From Bispira polyomma (taxonomy: Eukaryota): a stretch of DNA of 64,000 bases. Below are positions 1-12,446 of this stretch, piece by piece. Positions within the stretch are counted from its first letter, which is position 1. Each line of letters starts with the position of its first letter. Position numbers and translations under genes: made by a program. The stretch is from assembly GCA_965649765.1 (NCBI GenBank), contig OZ287752.1, positions 11,470,001 to 11,534,000 on the forward strand. Reading direction: 5' to 3'. Under the pieces are notes generated by a model. That model worked only from the letters and a program-made list of their open reading frames with translations, had not been told where the DNA came from and searched no databases.

Positions 1-18
1 TGGTCTTTACATCCTCAA

Positions 19-579
19 GTGTTCAGACTGATTTGCCAAACCTGGTACACCCCAATGGTGGACATGTTTGCGACCAGTCTGAACAAGAAGCTTACAATGT
101 ACATTTCCCCTGTCCCAGACGATCAGGCTCGGGAAATCGATGCATTGAGCATATCCTGGGAGGCTCTGGACGTCTATACCTTTTGTCCAGTGGTAATCAT
201 CTCAAAGTTGATTCAGAAAATGGTCACCTACAGGTGCAGCATGATTGTGATAGCACCAGGGTGGCCAGGGATGTCGTGGTTTTGGGACCTGGTCGATCTG
301 TCGACCAGACCATCGCTTTGTCTTCCCCTGTGGCCAAGATTGTTAAAGCAGCCATTCGGGAACAGATTCCATCAGAATCTCGAGTTCCTGAATCTGCATG
401 TGTGGCACCTGGATTCCAGATCCAAGAAACCACGGGATTCTCTCATGAGCTGGCAGACAGAATTAACGCACCTCAGAGAGCATCCTCTAGGAAAGTCTAT
501 GAATCAAGGTGGTCCATTTTTCAAGAGTAGTGCGGAGAAAGTAAGGTGGACTTCTCAAAGCCTTCTATCTCCAGCATAG
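19..579 (+). CDS. DIRS pol C-terminal DNA N6-adenine methyltransferase-like domain (5'-truncated by window)
   Basis: DMFAT (DLFA-like), DALSISW, YTFCP (YxFPP-like) and IAPGWPGMSWF motifs, as in DIRS1 MT domains. Confidence 0.85.
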   Translation: MFRLICQTWYTPMVDMFATSLNKKLTMYISPVPDDQAREIDALSISWEALDVYTFCPVVIISKLIQKMVTYRCSMIVIAPGWPGMSWFWDLVDLSTRPSLCLPLWPRLLKQPFGNRFHQNLEFLNLHVWHLDSRSKKPRDSLMSWQTELTHLREHPLGKSMNQGGPFFKSSAEKVRWTSQSLLSPA

Positions 580-1461
580 CTGATTTCCTTATTTATTTAT
601 TTAAGGGAAAAGATCTCAAACCTTCTACAATAGCTGGCTATAGAACTGCTATTGCAGATGCTTTGGGTTCATCTGGGGAAACTGTGTCCAAGTGTCTAGA
701 CTTGAATAGACTTTTGGCCAGTTTCCATAGAGACAAACCAGCAGCTTATCGGTCAATTCCTAGTTGGGATCTGTCTCTTGTATTACTTACTCTCACTAAG
801 GCTCCCTTTGAACCCTTAAGTAAGGCTTCTTTGAAACTCTTGACCTTTAAGACGGGTTTTCTTATGGCCCTAGCCTCAGGAAGGAGAAGGAGTGAAATCC
901 ATTCTTGGACTTTCAACTCCTTCAGTAGGAAGGATGACTGGTCAGAGGTGACTTTTTGTCCTTCTCCAGCCTTTTTGGCTAAGAATCAGCTGGCTTCAGA
1001 TGGTCCTTTGACTATACAGCCAGTGGTGATTCCAGCTTTGAAACCTACTTTAGATCCTTCATTAATTGAGGATAAGTCACTATGCCCTGTTAGATCTCTC
1101 AGATATTATCTTGACAGGACCAAGGGTTTGAGGAATGGTAAGAACCTTCTGTTCATAGCAATTAAGGAAGGTTTTACTAAGGATATCTCTAGGGTGACAG
1201 TGTCCTCTGTGATTCTCTCTTATCAAGTATCAGATAAAGGAGACTCAACAAGTCACACAGGTTAAGGCCCATGATGTAAGGTCCATGGCGGCCTCATTAG
1301 CCTTTAGAGGGGGAGTGACTCTAGATGAGATTATGTCCCCCTGTTACTGGAGATCTCACTCAACCTTTACAAATTTTTACCTTAAGGATGTGTGCTGGCA
1401 CAATGGGGACATTATAAAGTTAGGGCCCATTGTAGCTGCTCAACATATTGTAAACCCTTAA
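420..1461 (+). pseudogene. DIRS tyrosine recombinase, disrupted
   Basis: RASSRKVYESRW..TIAGYRTAI..GRRRSE..LCPVRSL..HDVRS..W..TFTNFY. In-frame TAG at 528-530 and a frameshift near 1205-1260; the C-terminus continues in another frame to TAA 1459-1461. Confidence 0.88.
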
Positions 1462-2343
1462 GTGAGTCTAGACTTATTCTTTGTGTTTTTTCTCAAGAAT
1501 ATGTTTTGCCTTTGTCATTGTAATTTTTAAGTGATTAATTTCATATGACTTATACTTGTCTTTCTTCTGTTTTGTAGATGATCAGAACAGTAGATTGGCA
1601 AATATTTGGCGTGCATATCTTTAAGATGCATTGATATTGGTATGCATGACTTTATGATGCATGGGTTTGGAGTGCATACAGTTGAAGATGCACAGACTTC
1701 CTTGAAGTGCATGCTTTGAAGGTGCACCTAGTATTCACAGACAACCAGGAAATTGTTAAGGTTGGTGCCATACAGTTTTTCTGTTCTCTTTGTTTGATAA
1801 TCTTTACTGTAAGGACATAGCTTTATCTTACTTCAGTATTGAATTATTATGTCACTAGGAATTTCCAGTGAATTTTTAGTCTGTGTTATGAATACTTTCC
1901 CACCTTCCGATATGGCTGAATTCAGCTATTGTTAGGAAATAGTAAGGGCGATTTTCGCTATAAAATTGCCAAATTTAAAAATTAATTTTAAATTTTATTA
2001 GATAATTACTTACTATTTCCTAACAAGGAAGAGTCCCTCCCTACCATCCCCGCAAGTTAAGTCTTCACAATGGTCTTGCTTGCAACAAAAATGATGAGGT
2101 TTGCCGCCTATTGGCTACCCACGTGACTTATTATTAAGGGGGGGACTGACCATTGTCCACTACACAGACCTTAAATTCACTGGTTATGCTTAAGGTAGCA
2201 TAAAATGTTTATCTTCGTTGGCCAGTGAATTGGACGGCTCCAACACGTAAGCTATTGTTAGGAAATAGTAAGTAATTATCTGATAAGATTTAAAATTAAT
2301 TTTTAAATTTGGCAAATTTAATGAGCAGTATGTACAATTTTAG

Positions 2344-2640
2344 TTAATGCAACCAGCATCAGCTTAACTCAGTCACCCTATGGACAAGTATCTGAAGGTA
2401 CAGAACTTGCACTCACCTGTATCACGGATGAAGCTAGACCTGATGTACCTGTTGTATGGACACTAGGTGGCAACACTATTGATTCTTCTGCTGACTATCT
2501 TGATACTGGAAGATTTAATAGCAATGTGACAAGAAGTGTTCTCATGTTGATAGCAAACAGGATACTCAACAATGAAGAGGTTACATGTGCTTTACAAGCT
2601 GATTCTGGTATATTGGATTCCACAATATTTGATATCACAT
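2344..2640 (+). CDS. Ig-EGF-SEA receptor gene: Ig-like domain exon 1 (first in window)
   Basis: tttag|...T|gtaag, 297 nt, phase 1-1, open: NATSISLTQSP..LTCITDEARP..VVW..EVTC..FDIT. Confidence 0.9.
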
Positions 2641-2914
2641 GTAAGTTCTGATGGTAACCCGTAATCATCACCTTTAACATGTGTAATGTAATTTTGTGTG
2701 ATGTTTATGGTCTCTATGGTTAAGTGGTTAGAGTGTTTGACTTTGGGCCAGAGTATCCCAGGATCAATCTTCCCTACAGGTCTGGTGGATGTACCATTGC
2801 ATAAGGTACTTCATCAAAGCTGTAGCTTGCTGCTATTGGATGTTACTATTTACATTGTATTTGGTAGCATGGCTAGTACATGTATATAACAGTTGGCTGG
2901 ACTAAGTAGAAGAA

Positions 2915-3166
2915 TTTGAATTTGGATATTTAACGTCCACTCCAGTACCTTTTAGTAGGTTATATTGGGATGGGTAGTTGGAAACTCTGGAGGAAACACT
3001 GCATACAGTCGGTCAAGGTTCTGCAGAGAAACCAGCGGCCCACAGTAAGGAACTACCACCTTTCCCACATAGGCATCGACGGGATTCGTACTCACGCCGC
3101 CCAGAGGTGAGAGACCAGTGATTGTGAAGCGCAATGCTTGCTAACCACTAGGCCACTGCGGCCCCT
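2915..3166 (-). mobile_element. tRNA-derived SINE with 15-bp TSD, nested in an older + strand SINE (~2708-3250)
   Basis: Minus strand starts GGGGCCGCAGTGGCCTAGTGGTTAG (A box), has a B-box-like GTACGAATCC and a CAAATT tail. TSD GACTAAGTAGAAGAA at 2900-2914 and 3167-3181. Confidence 0.9.
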
Positions 3167-3732
3167 GACTAAGTAGAAGAACCTAAGCTGTGGGTATAAA
3201 CAGTGAAGTCAGATAAAACCTTATTTGGGGTGACATCACACTAACATTAACCAACTATTACATTGAATGCACCATAAGCTAATTAATATGTAATGCAGTC
3301 ATGTAACTGAAACCTATTTAATCCAGGAAGATCATGAAAGTTCATTGTAATAATATTACCTTAAAATATTTGCACCTAACAGTAACCATAACAGTTAATG
3401 TGGCAATGTTCGTAATACATCTATACTTCATTGTTGAAGGTTTGACAGACTAAAACCTCTGTTTTTGCATGCATGCCAACACACCTGTTTAGATTCTGAA
3501 TTGTTTTAAACTAAAATTTTTGGAGTAAAAAAATATCTTCTGACGACTTTTAAAACATTAAATATAATTTACATGATATTCTTGTTATTTATTGTCAATT
3601 CTAATGTATATGTTTGAGACCTTTAATATTATTTGGGCTTTAAACTTCCTTTACATATGAATTTACCACTGCAGAAGTTGTATTCATTACTTCTATTTTA
3701 ATTACTTTTTATTTATATCTGTCGTATTTTAG

Positions 3733-4032
3733 TTCCAGCCAGGTACATCAATTTATACCGAGATGCCGACAATCCTATCCCTGAAAACACATGGACACAC
3801 TTTGTCTGTCACACTGACACAGCTAAACCAGCAGCTAGTGTGACTTGGACATTATCAGACAATATAAATATAGTTTCAACTGATGATTCCATATACCCTG
3901 GATCTTATGGTGGAGCTAATACATATAGTAATGTAACATTAAAAGTCAACCGGACTGTGCACTTTGGCCAGCTGCAGTGTGCAATCAGTGACAATCCTGA
4001 CGTTAGTAATGTTGAAGTTCTGGAAATCACCT
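3733..4032 (+). CDS. Ig-EGF-SEA receptor gene: Ig-like exon 2
   Basis: ag|..T|gtaag, 300 nt, phase 1-1; FVCHTDTAKPAASVTW..LQCAI. Confidence 0.9.
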
Positions 4033-4396
4033 GTAAGTAAATCAACTAAAGCCATGTTGTTTTGTTTAAAGAGCAAACAAATATTACCATAACATGGTCT
4101 TCAGAGCTAACAGACTAAAGCAAATTTAAACCAAGAAATTTGAACAAGTGACTATGGTTCTTTTGATAAGCGGGTTAACTTTACATGCTAATTGTGCCTC
4201 TCAATTGGTATGTAATGGTATTGACTTACATTGGTATACTCAGTTCTACAAAATATGTGTCTGACTTCACCAATGTTGTATAATTTTAAATGTTAGTAAA
4301 TAAAAAAATACATATTAAATGTTTATGTTTTTTTTATATCATAATATGTACATTAAAAAAAAGTTTGCAACAAAACACAGTGTATCTTCATTCTAG

Positions 4397-4696
4397 TCAA
4401 TGCTACCACAATTTCGATGACCGAGTCTTCTTCCGGACAAATCTTGGAGAATACAGAGGTCACTTTTACCTGTCAGACTGATGAGGCTTATCCAGGCCCA
4501 ACTACTGTTATGTGGTTTGTGGATGGCAAGGCTTTTAAGTCTACTAGTGATAATGTTCATAGTGGTGATTATATGGAAATAACAGTCACCAGTGAACTAA
4601 CTATAACATTGAACAGAACACTGAACAACAAGGATATTGTCTGTCTGGTAGAAGAAGATCATGATGTGAATTCCAGAGTAACATTACATGTGACAT
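4397..4696 (+). CDS. Ig-EGF-SEA receptor gene: Ig-like exon 3
   Basis: ctag|..T|gtaag, 300 nt, phase 1-1; FTCQTDEAYP..MWF..IVCLV. Confidence 0.92.
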
Positions 4697-5119
4697 GTAA
4701 GTAGTCTCAGAGATAAGTTCATTGTCTTACTGGATTCCTGTCATTAATTTTCATCACCCTTCCATTTAGTAATTTATTAAAGAAGTTGTTATTTTAGCAT
4801 CTGGTACACTCGGTCAGTTAAAATCACATGATGAGCTTTCCAGCTTCTGTACTTAAGTGTACTCGGTTGTCTCTATTGATTTGTTTATTTATTCTTAGGA
4901 TAAAACTAAAATAATTTTAAGGACAAAATGCATATTTAGCACAAAAAATTTAAAAAAAATTCAGTTTCACTTTGTTTACAGAACATATATTTGTGATAAA
5001 AGTGTAAAATTTTTGTAACTTAAATTAAACTGATAACAGTACATAATATAATTGTAACATAATAAAAGTTAGCAGTTTTTCATCCAGAAATATTTTAATC
5101 AATATAATTTATATTTTAG

Positions 5120-5416
5120 TTAATGCAACCAGCATTTCAATGACTCGGTCCCCCTCTGGACAAGTTCCTGAGAACACAGAAGTCACATTTGTTTGTGTCA
5201 CTGATGAATCTCTACCAGCAGCTACTGTAGGCTGGTTTGTGGGTGGTGAGAGTACCAGCTCAACTAGTGACTCTGTGGAGAGTGGGTTGTATAATGCAGA
5301 AACAACCAGAAGTCAACTCACAATAACAGTAGACAGGACTCTGAACAGTGAGAATGTACAGTGTATTGTTGGAGAGGACTCTGCTATTGCAGACAAAGCT
5401 ACACTGGAAGTAACAT
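5120..5416 (+). CDS. Ig-EGF-SEA receptor gene: Ig-like exon 4
   Basis: tttag|..T|gtaag, 297 nt, phase 1-1; FVCVTDESLP..GWF..VQCIV. Confidence 0.92.
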
Positions 5417-6030
5417 GTAAGTTATGCATTAAATATTGGGTATGATGTACTAGGATAGGCCTCTCAGCATTTTTTGTACTTGTTGACTGATTATATCGAT
5501 AAATTGAGATAAGTATAAGGATTTACCGAGATAGTATCTTGATTTATTGACTTAGTAGTTCAATTTATGTATTACTATAAATCAACTTACATCACCTGAA
5601 CTATTGACTTACTAAATCTATAATATTAAATTTTGTATTTTACATAAAAGTTTTGAAAGGTTACATATATAAACAATTTCTATTGGTTTACATATTATCT
5701 TGATAAATCAATTTAATTATCTTGTTTTCTTGACTTATTATCTGACAAGTTTTATTATCTCAATCGAGTTGTTATCTTGATTTATCAAGATAATAATATG
5801 ATCAATATAATAAAATAAATTTTATTTGATTCATTCATTCTATTTGTTAACTTATTAGCTTGATATGTCATGGTAATAAGTCAACAAATATACAAATAAG
5901 TTGACAAATATAGAAACATATAATATGGCAGAGTAGAAGAACCGAGTAAGTTGATGAATTGAGATAGGCAAGTCCATTTATTGAGATACGCAAATTGGTA
6001 AATCGAGATAGTATCTCAATAAATCGACTT

Positions 6031-6530
6031 CTACTCCTCCATAGACCACTGGAATAACAGTAAGACACTGATATTCGGGGGTTCTCTCCCCTGTTCAGGT
6101 ACATAAAATTAAATATGGTAATACAAAATTCCTTGTTGTTATTTTGACGACGGACTCACGAAAAGGGACAGAACGGCTACCATAAGCAAAACATCGTAAA
6201 TTTAGTCTGACGTAACATGGCCGACAGTGTTGTGCCAATGATTGTGATTTAGTTTTTTATTTATAATTATTGACATGTACCATGTTGGTATGAAGTAACA
6301 GAAAATCGGCTACTTTATCATATATAAGGAATGAGAGGATGTAGTTATTTTTAACATATTTTGTCTCTATATATGCCGATTTTGATTTACAACGTTTTGC
6401 TTATGGAAGCCTTTCTGTCCCTTTTTGTGAGTCCATTGTCAAAATTACAGCAAGGAATCTCGCTAAATAGGGACAGATTATTCGGTCTAGAAGGTAACCA
6501 ACACTGCTATTCTGTGCAGAGAGAGAGTAG
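6031..6530. mobile_element. Palindromic MITE-like element
   Basis: CTACTC..GAGTAG ends; internal inverted pair GGACTCACGAAAAGGGACAGAA (6152) / TTCTGTCCCTTTTTGTGAGTCC (6413). Confidence 0.55.
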
Positions 6531-6665
6531 AAATGAACTCATCTACAAGGACATCCAGTGTATTGCATACCTCTGCCAAGCAGTGCCAAAAAAGGTATGA
6601 AAATCCTTCTACCTAAATCTCACCTTCCAGTCTTGTGTTTGAACATCATGGTGTCTATGTTTCAG

Positions 6666-6962
6666 ATTTTCCGACAGTGATTTACCTGATTCAGTCTCCC
6701 TCTGGACAAATCCCTGAGAACACAAACCTAACACTGATCTGTATGACTGATGCAGCTCGGCCACATGCCACAGTATTATGGAGTATTCACAACAAAGCAA
6801 TTGCATCCAGTGATGATGTTATACAAACCGGGGTGTTTAATGGAGAGATAAGCAGCAGTTTGTTGTATGTTACAGTTAACAGGACACTGAATGGTGTAGA
6901 GGTGGTCTGCAGTGTGGAAGGTGTACCCGGTGTAAACAATGCCACTGCTCTGGATATTGTGT
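6666..6962 (+). CDS. Ig-EGF-SEA receptor gene: Ig-like exon 5
   Basis: ttcag|..T|gtaag, 297 nt, phase 1-1; LICMTDAARP..LWS..VVCSV. Confidence 0.92.
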
Positions 6963-7395
6963 GTAAGTTTGTTATAATTAAATGGTGCTCACAAATCGAG
7001 TCGCGACGTTGTTGTTTTTTAGAATTCTTTTTTTTGTATTATTTTAACAAATTACTTGATCTACTTATTCACAGGATTAGGACAGGATATTATCTACATG
7101 TATATTATTATCAAACATGTGAAACTTACAGTTACAAAAGTAAGTTCTGTTTCTTGTCACTTTTGGAAAATGAATTGTCCTACAGAAATCAATATGTAAA
7201 AAAACATCCTTTTGCAAAAACTTTTCAGTTTTGACATCCTTAACCCACAAATTATGTCAGACATGTACTTGTCAATCCTTCCATACATACTTCTGTTACT
7301 CAAATTCACTCACATCTGTCTGTTACTGTAAAAATTATATCAGCAAGCAACACACTACAATTCGGCAGAATTCTTTGTTTATAATCCTTGCACAG

Positions 7396-7692
7396 TTACC
7401 ACCACAACAGTCACTGTGACTCAGTCTCCCCAAGGTCAAGTTCCTGAACACTTAGAAGTGACCTTCACCTGTGTGACAGATGAGGCTAAGCCTCCGTCTT
7501 CTTTGGCATGGTTTGTGGATGGAAACTTTGTGACCTCCAGTGGGGAAGAAATCATGGAAGTAATGTACGATTCACATGTAGTAAAGAGCACTTTAACGCT
7601 GACAGTGGATGAAACAGATGACAATAAAGAAGTGATGTGCAGTATTATTGACGTACCACACATCACTGATAAAACTGTCCTGGATGTTTCAT
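7396..7692 (+). CDS. Ig-EGF-SEA receptor gene: Ig-like exon 6
   Basis: cacag|..T|gtagg, 297 nt, phase 1-1; FTCVTDEAKP..AWF..VMCSI. Confidence 0.92.
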
Positions 7693-7929
7693 GTAGGTAA
7701 CATGGGGTCAAACTATCTAATTGGGATTGTTACATTCAAACATATTGAATGAGTAGCCTATATTTAATTTCACTGGCAATTTTGTCTACTTAATTTATCC
7801 ATAAATTGTATAATAATTCATGTTTCTATCATGGTTATAATAGGGCTTTATTGAATTAAAGAAGTTAACACTGGTGTGATGTATGCACAATGAATGAATC
7901 GGAGATGTCACACATGAGCAAATTTTTGT

Positions 7930-8762
7930 TATTAACCTCGCCTTTTAGGAGAGGTTATTGTTTTCGATCTGTGTGTTTGTGTATGTGTGTGTGTACAAAC
8001 CATTATTACACAAACTCTACTATATCAAATGCATTAAATTTACAGATATGTTTTAAAATGGGGACCTCTACATTTGTGCCAAATTTCATACAAATCGTTT
8101 GTGAACTGTAGCTTTAAGAGAAGATTTTCTTTTTTTATACACAAAACTACCACTGAAGATCACTTTCCTTCTACGCCATATACAAGAAACGAAGACAGCG
8201 TTCGGCAAACCGAAGCTACACTAACTTCGCGATTGGGGATCATATGCATACAGCGAACACCGAAGACACCGCTCGGGGATGTATCACCTAATTTGTATCC
8301 AGCGAAGACAGCGTTCGGCAAACCGAAGCTACACCAACTCCGAGATCGGGGATATATACAAAATATGATGATGTCATCAATACGTCATTTACGCACTATT
8401 TCTGATTATGACGTCACAAGCTTTTTTGTGACATCATATTGGAGTTTATATATGGAGTATATCCGCTAATGTAATACATGAAGCATATCAGCCAGAAACG
8501 GCCCATTTTATTGTATGTAAAGTATACTTTACTTTAAAATATGAAGTTAGGGTTATTATGTTGAATATATACCCCATTTTTAATACATTCCTCTTCTAAA
8601 AATCAAATACAAATGGTGTGTATATTAAACATAATAACCCTAACTTCATATCTAAAAGTAAAGTACACCTTACTCCATATATTAACCCCAATCGCCAATT
8701 TGAGAGTACGTGATTAAAATTCCGGGCGAGGTTTTGAAGTCTCTGACTGCTTTCCTCTTGTT
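7930..8762 (+). mobile_element. Non-autonomous Helentron-associated (HINE/DINE-like) element
   Basis: Subterminal inverted repeat ACCTCGCC..GGCGAGGT, (TG)-rich microsatellite, internal tandem copy (8190/8303), long hairpin 8519-8668, TCTTGTTT end. Confidence 0.7.
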
Positions 8763-9035
8763 TAATTTGTTAAATTTTTTTATTTGTTGGATTTTTGGTG
8801 TTCAAATTTATCATTGGACAATAGCTATATATGTATTCTGACTTCATTAGAGACTTTAGATATTAGAGACTTAAATTTTAGAATCCATTCTTAAAATTAA
8901 TAAATTTACTAGGGTTTTATTGGCCAAGCTCACTGAAATGCAGATTTTATTACAATTCTACTTAAATATGATATTTTACTAGGTTATGAAAAAAGCATTG
9001 TATGTTTTTAATAGCTTGTAAAATTTTGTGTTTAG

Positions 9036-9146
9036 ATATTGACTGTGAAGAGTCTACCTGCTTACATGGAGGTACCTGTAGCGAGCTGAGTAATGACTTT
9101 AGGTGTGACTGTGTGACTGGTCATACTGGGAAAACCTGCAGCTTTG
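9036..9146 (+). CDS. Ig-EGF-SEA receptor gene: EGF-like exon
   Basis: tttag|..G|gtaag, 111 nt; IDCEESTCLHGGTCSELSNDFRCDCVTGHTGKTCSF, canonical 6-Cys EGF spacing. Confidence 0.92.
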
Positions 9147-9436
9147 GTAAGACAGGATTATCGTGTAATGACTGATTTCACAGATTGACTATAACACAAT
9201 TATATCAAAATCAATCGTGCTAAAGTAAAACACATAGGTTTTGTTTTAAGGTAAGTTTATGGTATTAGTTTTAAAAATCATATTCTAAACTAATAGAATA
9301 TGTAATATGCTAATAAAGGCTGGTTTGCTGCATTAGTAGGTTGCCAGTTGTAGTGTCATACACAACGATGGTTTTAAAAGCATTGTTAAACCCTAACTAA
9401 CATTCTGTATTTTAATATGATCTGCCAATGTTTCAG

Positions 9437-9553
9437 ACTGTTCCTCCATAAACAACTGCATTGATTGCAATGATGCCAATAATAATGGGGTTGCATCATG
9501 TACTGAGTGTACAGCTGACTATGACTTGGTGAGTGGGGCATGCATTGCACAAG
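9437..9553 (+). CDS. Ig-EGF-SEA receptor gene: CxxC Cys-rich (furin-repeat-like) exon
   Basis: ttcag|..G|gtagg, 117 nt, phase 1-1; DCSSINNCIDCNDANNNGVASCTECTADYDLVSGACIAQ. Confidence 0.85.
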
Positions 9554-10012
9554 GTAGGTAGTCAAACTATTACTATTGTGTTATCTCTGTTCAAATCTCG
9601 GCCCTTGTGTCTAGGTAGGGTATTTACCCACAGAAGTACAATGTACCTACCATAATTTTTTAATAGTTGTTTTTCGTAAAATGAGCCAATTAACAAATAA
9701 ATGTACACTAATAGAAAGAATAATCTCTTAAACCCATTTTTATTATATTTGCTATATACATGTACACTTTTAGATACACTTTGGCTTAGTCTTATTCCAG
9801 AACAAGCAAATAAAAAGAAAACCAAATGGAAGTACCTGCCATAATGATTTGATAGTTGTCTTTTTCAAAATGCACCAATAAATGAATAAAAGTTACTAAA
9901 TAAAATAAACAATTGATGTGTAATATTTTAAAGTCTTGTACTTTTATAGATTTAATTTGTCACAAAATGTTTACAATACAAGCAACAATTGCTCTTTTTT
10001 TGTTATAACTAG

Positions 10013-10125
10013 AATCTACTGCTCTTGAATGCACTGTGGCCATTGCTAATAAGAAATACAGCGAAGAGCTGACGGATAAGTCATCTCCTGAGTACAAGAC
10101 ACTGGCAGAACCACTGATAGAAGGG
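10013..10125 (+). CDS. Ig-EGF-SEA receptor gene: SEA1 N-half exon
   Basis: ctag|..GGG|gtaag, phase 1-0; NKKYSEELTDKSSPEYKTLA matches the SEA helix motif Y/FxxxLxDxxSxxY/FxxL. Confidence 0.88.
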
Positions 10126-10459
10126 GTAAGTGTGGAACTACTAAGGGAGGAACATTATGTTGAAACATCAATATGTATCCAAGTGATATATTTTGTGAAA
10201 CAACATATTGCAATATACTGATCAATTATATATTACTCTAATTTTCATAATTTTTTACACTTTGTTAACTTTCTTACAAGATCCTTGATTCCGATTTTAA
10301 CTGAGTAAGGATTTGCTCATGGTCAGAAACTCACTTTTATTTTTAGGTATTAATTGTAGATGATCCAATATTTTACAAATTATACATATTGTAAATATGA
10401 CTGGAATATTGCAATGTAGTGTAATACGATTTTCAGGCACAATACTCACTAACTACACC

Positions 10460-11050
10460 TGTCTATGTCCATATTTGTCTTACTGAGTGTTTACATCCCT
10501 ACTCTACATAAATACTGTCCATATCTGTGTCCAATGTTTATATCCATGCTCTACATAAATACTATATCTATGTCCATTTCTGTGTCCACTGTTTACATCC
10601 CTACTCTACATCAATACTATATACTGTCTATGTCCATATCTGTGTCCAATGTTTACATCCCTGCTCTACATAAACACTATATATTTCAGTCCATATCTGT
10701 GTCCAATGTTTACATCCCTGCACTATATAAATACCGTCTGTGTCCAATCTGTGTTACTGAGTGTTTACATCCCTACTCTACATCAATACTACATACTGTC
10801 TTAATAATAATGTCCATATCTGTGTCCAATATTTATATCTGCTCTACATAAATACTATATCTATGTTCATATCTGTGTCCAATGTTTACATCCCTACTCT
10901 ACATAAATAATATATCTATGTCTATCTGTGTCCAAAGTTTTCATCCCTGCTCTACATAAATACAGTATACTGTTTATGTCCATATTTGTGTGACAATGTT
11001 ATGATCCCTGCTATACATAAACCACATCTGTGTCCACTGCACTGTCTACA
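10460..11050. repeat. Intronic minisatellite, ~50-60-bp degenerate unit
   Basis: About 10 copies of TGTCCATATCTGTGTCCAATGTTTACATCCCTGCTCTACATAAATAC-like sequence. Confidence 0.85.
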
Positions 11051-11374
11051 TTCTTGCTCCATGGAAATATCATTACATCAATGACGGTCATTTTTATGCT
11101 AGGCATCTTCTAAAGTGGAACAGGAGAATCGATAAACCAAGAGATAATAAATACAGCCAAGTCATAAGGAAAAATGTAGCCGCGCATGATCACAAAACAA
11201 GTAGGTTGCGTAAGCAAATTGATAAAGATGGGTCATATAGGTACAATTTAAATTATTTCAGTAATTGTTTTCATGCAACAGAAGTTTGTTGATTTGTTGA
11301 GACAATGGTGTTTAGTTATAAATATAGAAAATAATTTCTAACATTAAAGAGCTTATTCACTTTTTAAAAATTAG

Positions 11375-11579
11375 ATGAAGAAAACCTGCGCGTGCCAAGT
11401 ACTCGATGTGGAATTTAAGAATGGCAGCATATTAGTGGAATTTACACTTGAAGTACCCAAGACTACATCTGAGGAGGAAATCCAGTTTGAAGTCTTATCT
11501 GCTATAAGTACTGGAACTTTTATACAAAATAACACTGTTGATATTGAGTTGGATCCAGAACATGTGACATTTGACAATG
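11375..11579 (+). CDS. Ig-EGF-SEA receptor gene: SEA1 C-half exon
   Basis: ttag|..G|gtatg, phase 0-1; FKNGSILVEF, the SEA autoproteolysis motif. Confidence 0.88.
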
Positions 11580-12425
11580 GTATGTATAGCTCGCCGAATG
11601 GTAAAAACCATGGCAGTTTCGAAACAGCCACCTATTTGCGCAGGCCATTTCAGGACCTACAAAATTTATTTTTTTTTAAATTTCATGTTCAATGAATGCA
11701 AACATAGTTTATTAGAGGAGTATTTCAGTCATTACACTAGATCTTGTTGTATTAGTTTGTCTACATTACCATCATAACATGGAAAATCAATTGCAACATA
11801 TATCTATATCTATATATTAACATGGTTTTAACCATTTAAAATGGGTTTAAACAATTAAAAATGTCAACTATTACATTAGAACAGAGTAGGTTATATAACA
11901 TATCAATTTATAAATTCACAGTAAATATTTACATATAGTCTTTTATATACAGTCTTTCAAATTACTAATTGCGATATAAAGCCTTCAAATATATTGATGT
12001 TATTACCATTTTGTTTATGGGTTATTTGTGTTATTGAATTAAAGAATCTTTATTAGTATTTCTGTTTCATTCAAATTGATTTTTGTAAAAAATCTTTGTC
12101 CCTGCTTGCTATACATTTAACATTTAAAAGGATTAATTTAACTGTAGTTGATTAACTCTCAAAAGGTATATCAATCCTAAAAGTTAATCAGCTGGTATAT
12201 AAAAACAGACATATAATGTCTGAATATGTCAATAATGCCTCATAAATTATTTCGAAGATGGATAAGTGATTATTCAACATTTAAGTTTGGAAAATTAGCA
12301 AATACTATAATTTAATCAGAACACCAGTTTGCGGTAAATAGAACAGTTGATTCTGTTAGTCATGAAAAGCAAACTCATTTGGAAAGTTTATGACTAATAT
12401 CTGTCTTCTTATTTTGTACTTTCAG

Positions 12426-12446
12426 AAACCCTGATATTAGAAAATG
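12426..12446 (+). CDS. Ig-EGF-SEA receptor gene: 21-nt micro-exon (ETLILEN)
   Basis: Strong acceptor ttttgtactttcag| and donor G|gtaaga; phase 1-1. Confidence 0.65.

Larger units (their letters stand above)
1..2319 (+). mobile_element. DIRS1-type tyrosine-recombinase retrotransposon, 3' portion (MT domain, YR, ICR, right ITR)
   Basis: Overlapping MT and YR reading frames. 1968-2025 is the reverse complement of 2256-2313, and 1924-1946 is repeated directly at 2250-2272. The element ends in ...GGCAAATTT. Confidence 0.92.

Noticed and set aside
19-1461. Bacterial or phage methyltransferase-integrase cassette (contamination or HGT)
   Set aside because: Overlapping MT and YR frames followed by ICR/ITR is the standard DIRS1 layout, and it is contiguous with spliceosomal exons.
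3090-3166. tRNA gene
   Set aside because: It is the tRNA-like head of a SINE that has a body, tail and TSD; there is no complete cloverleaf.
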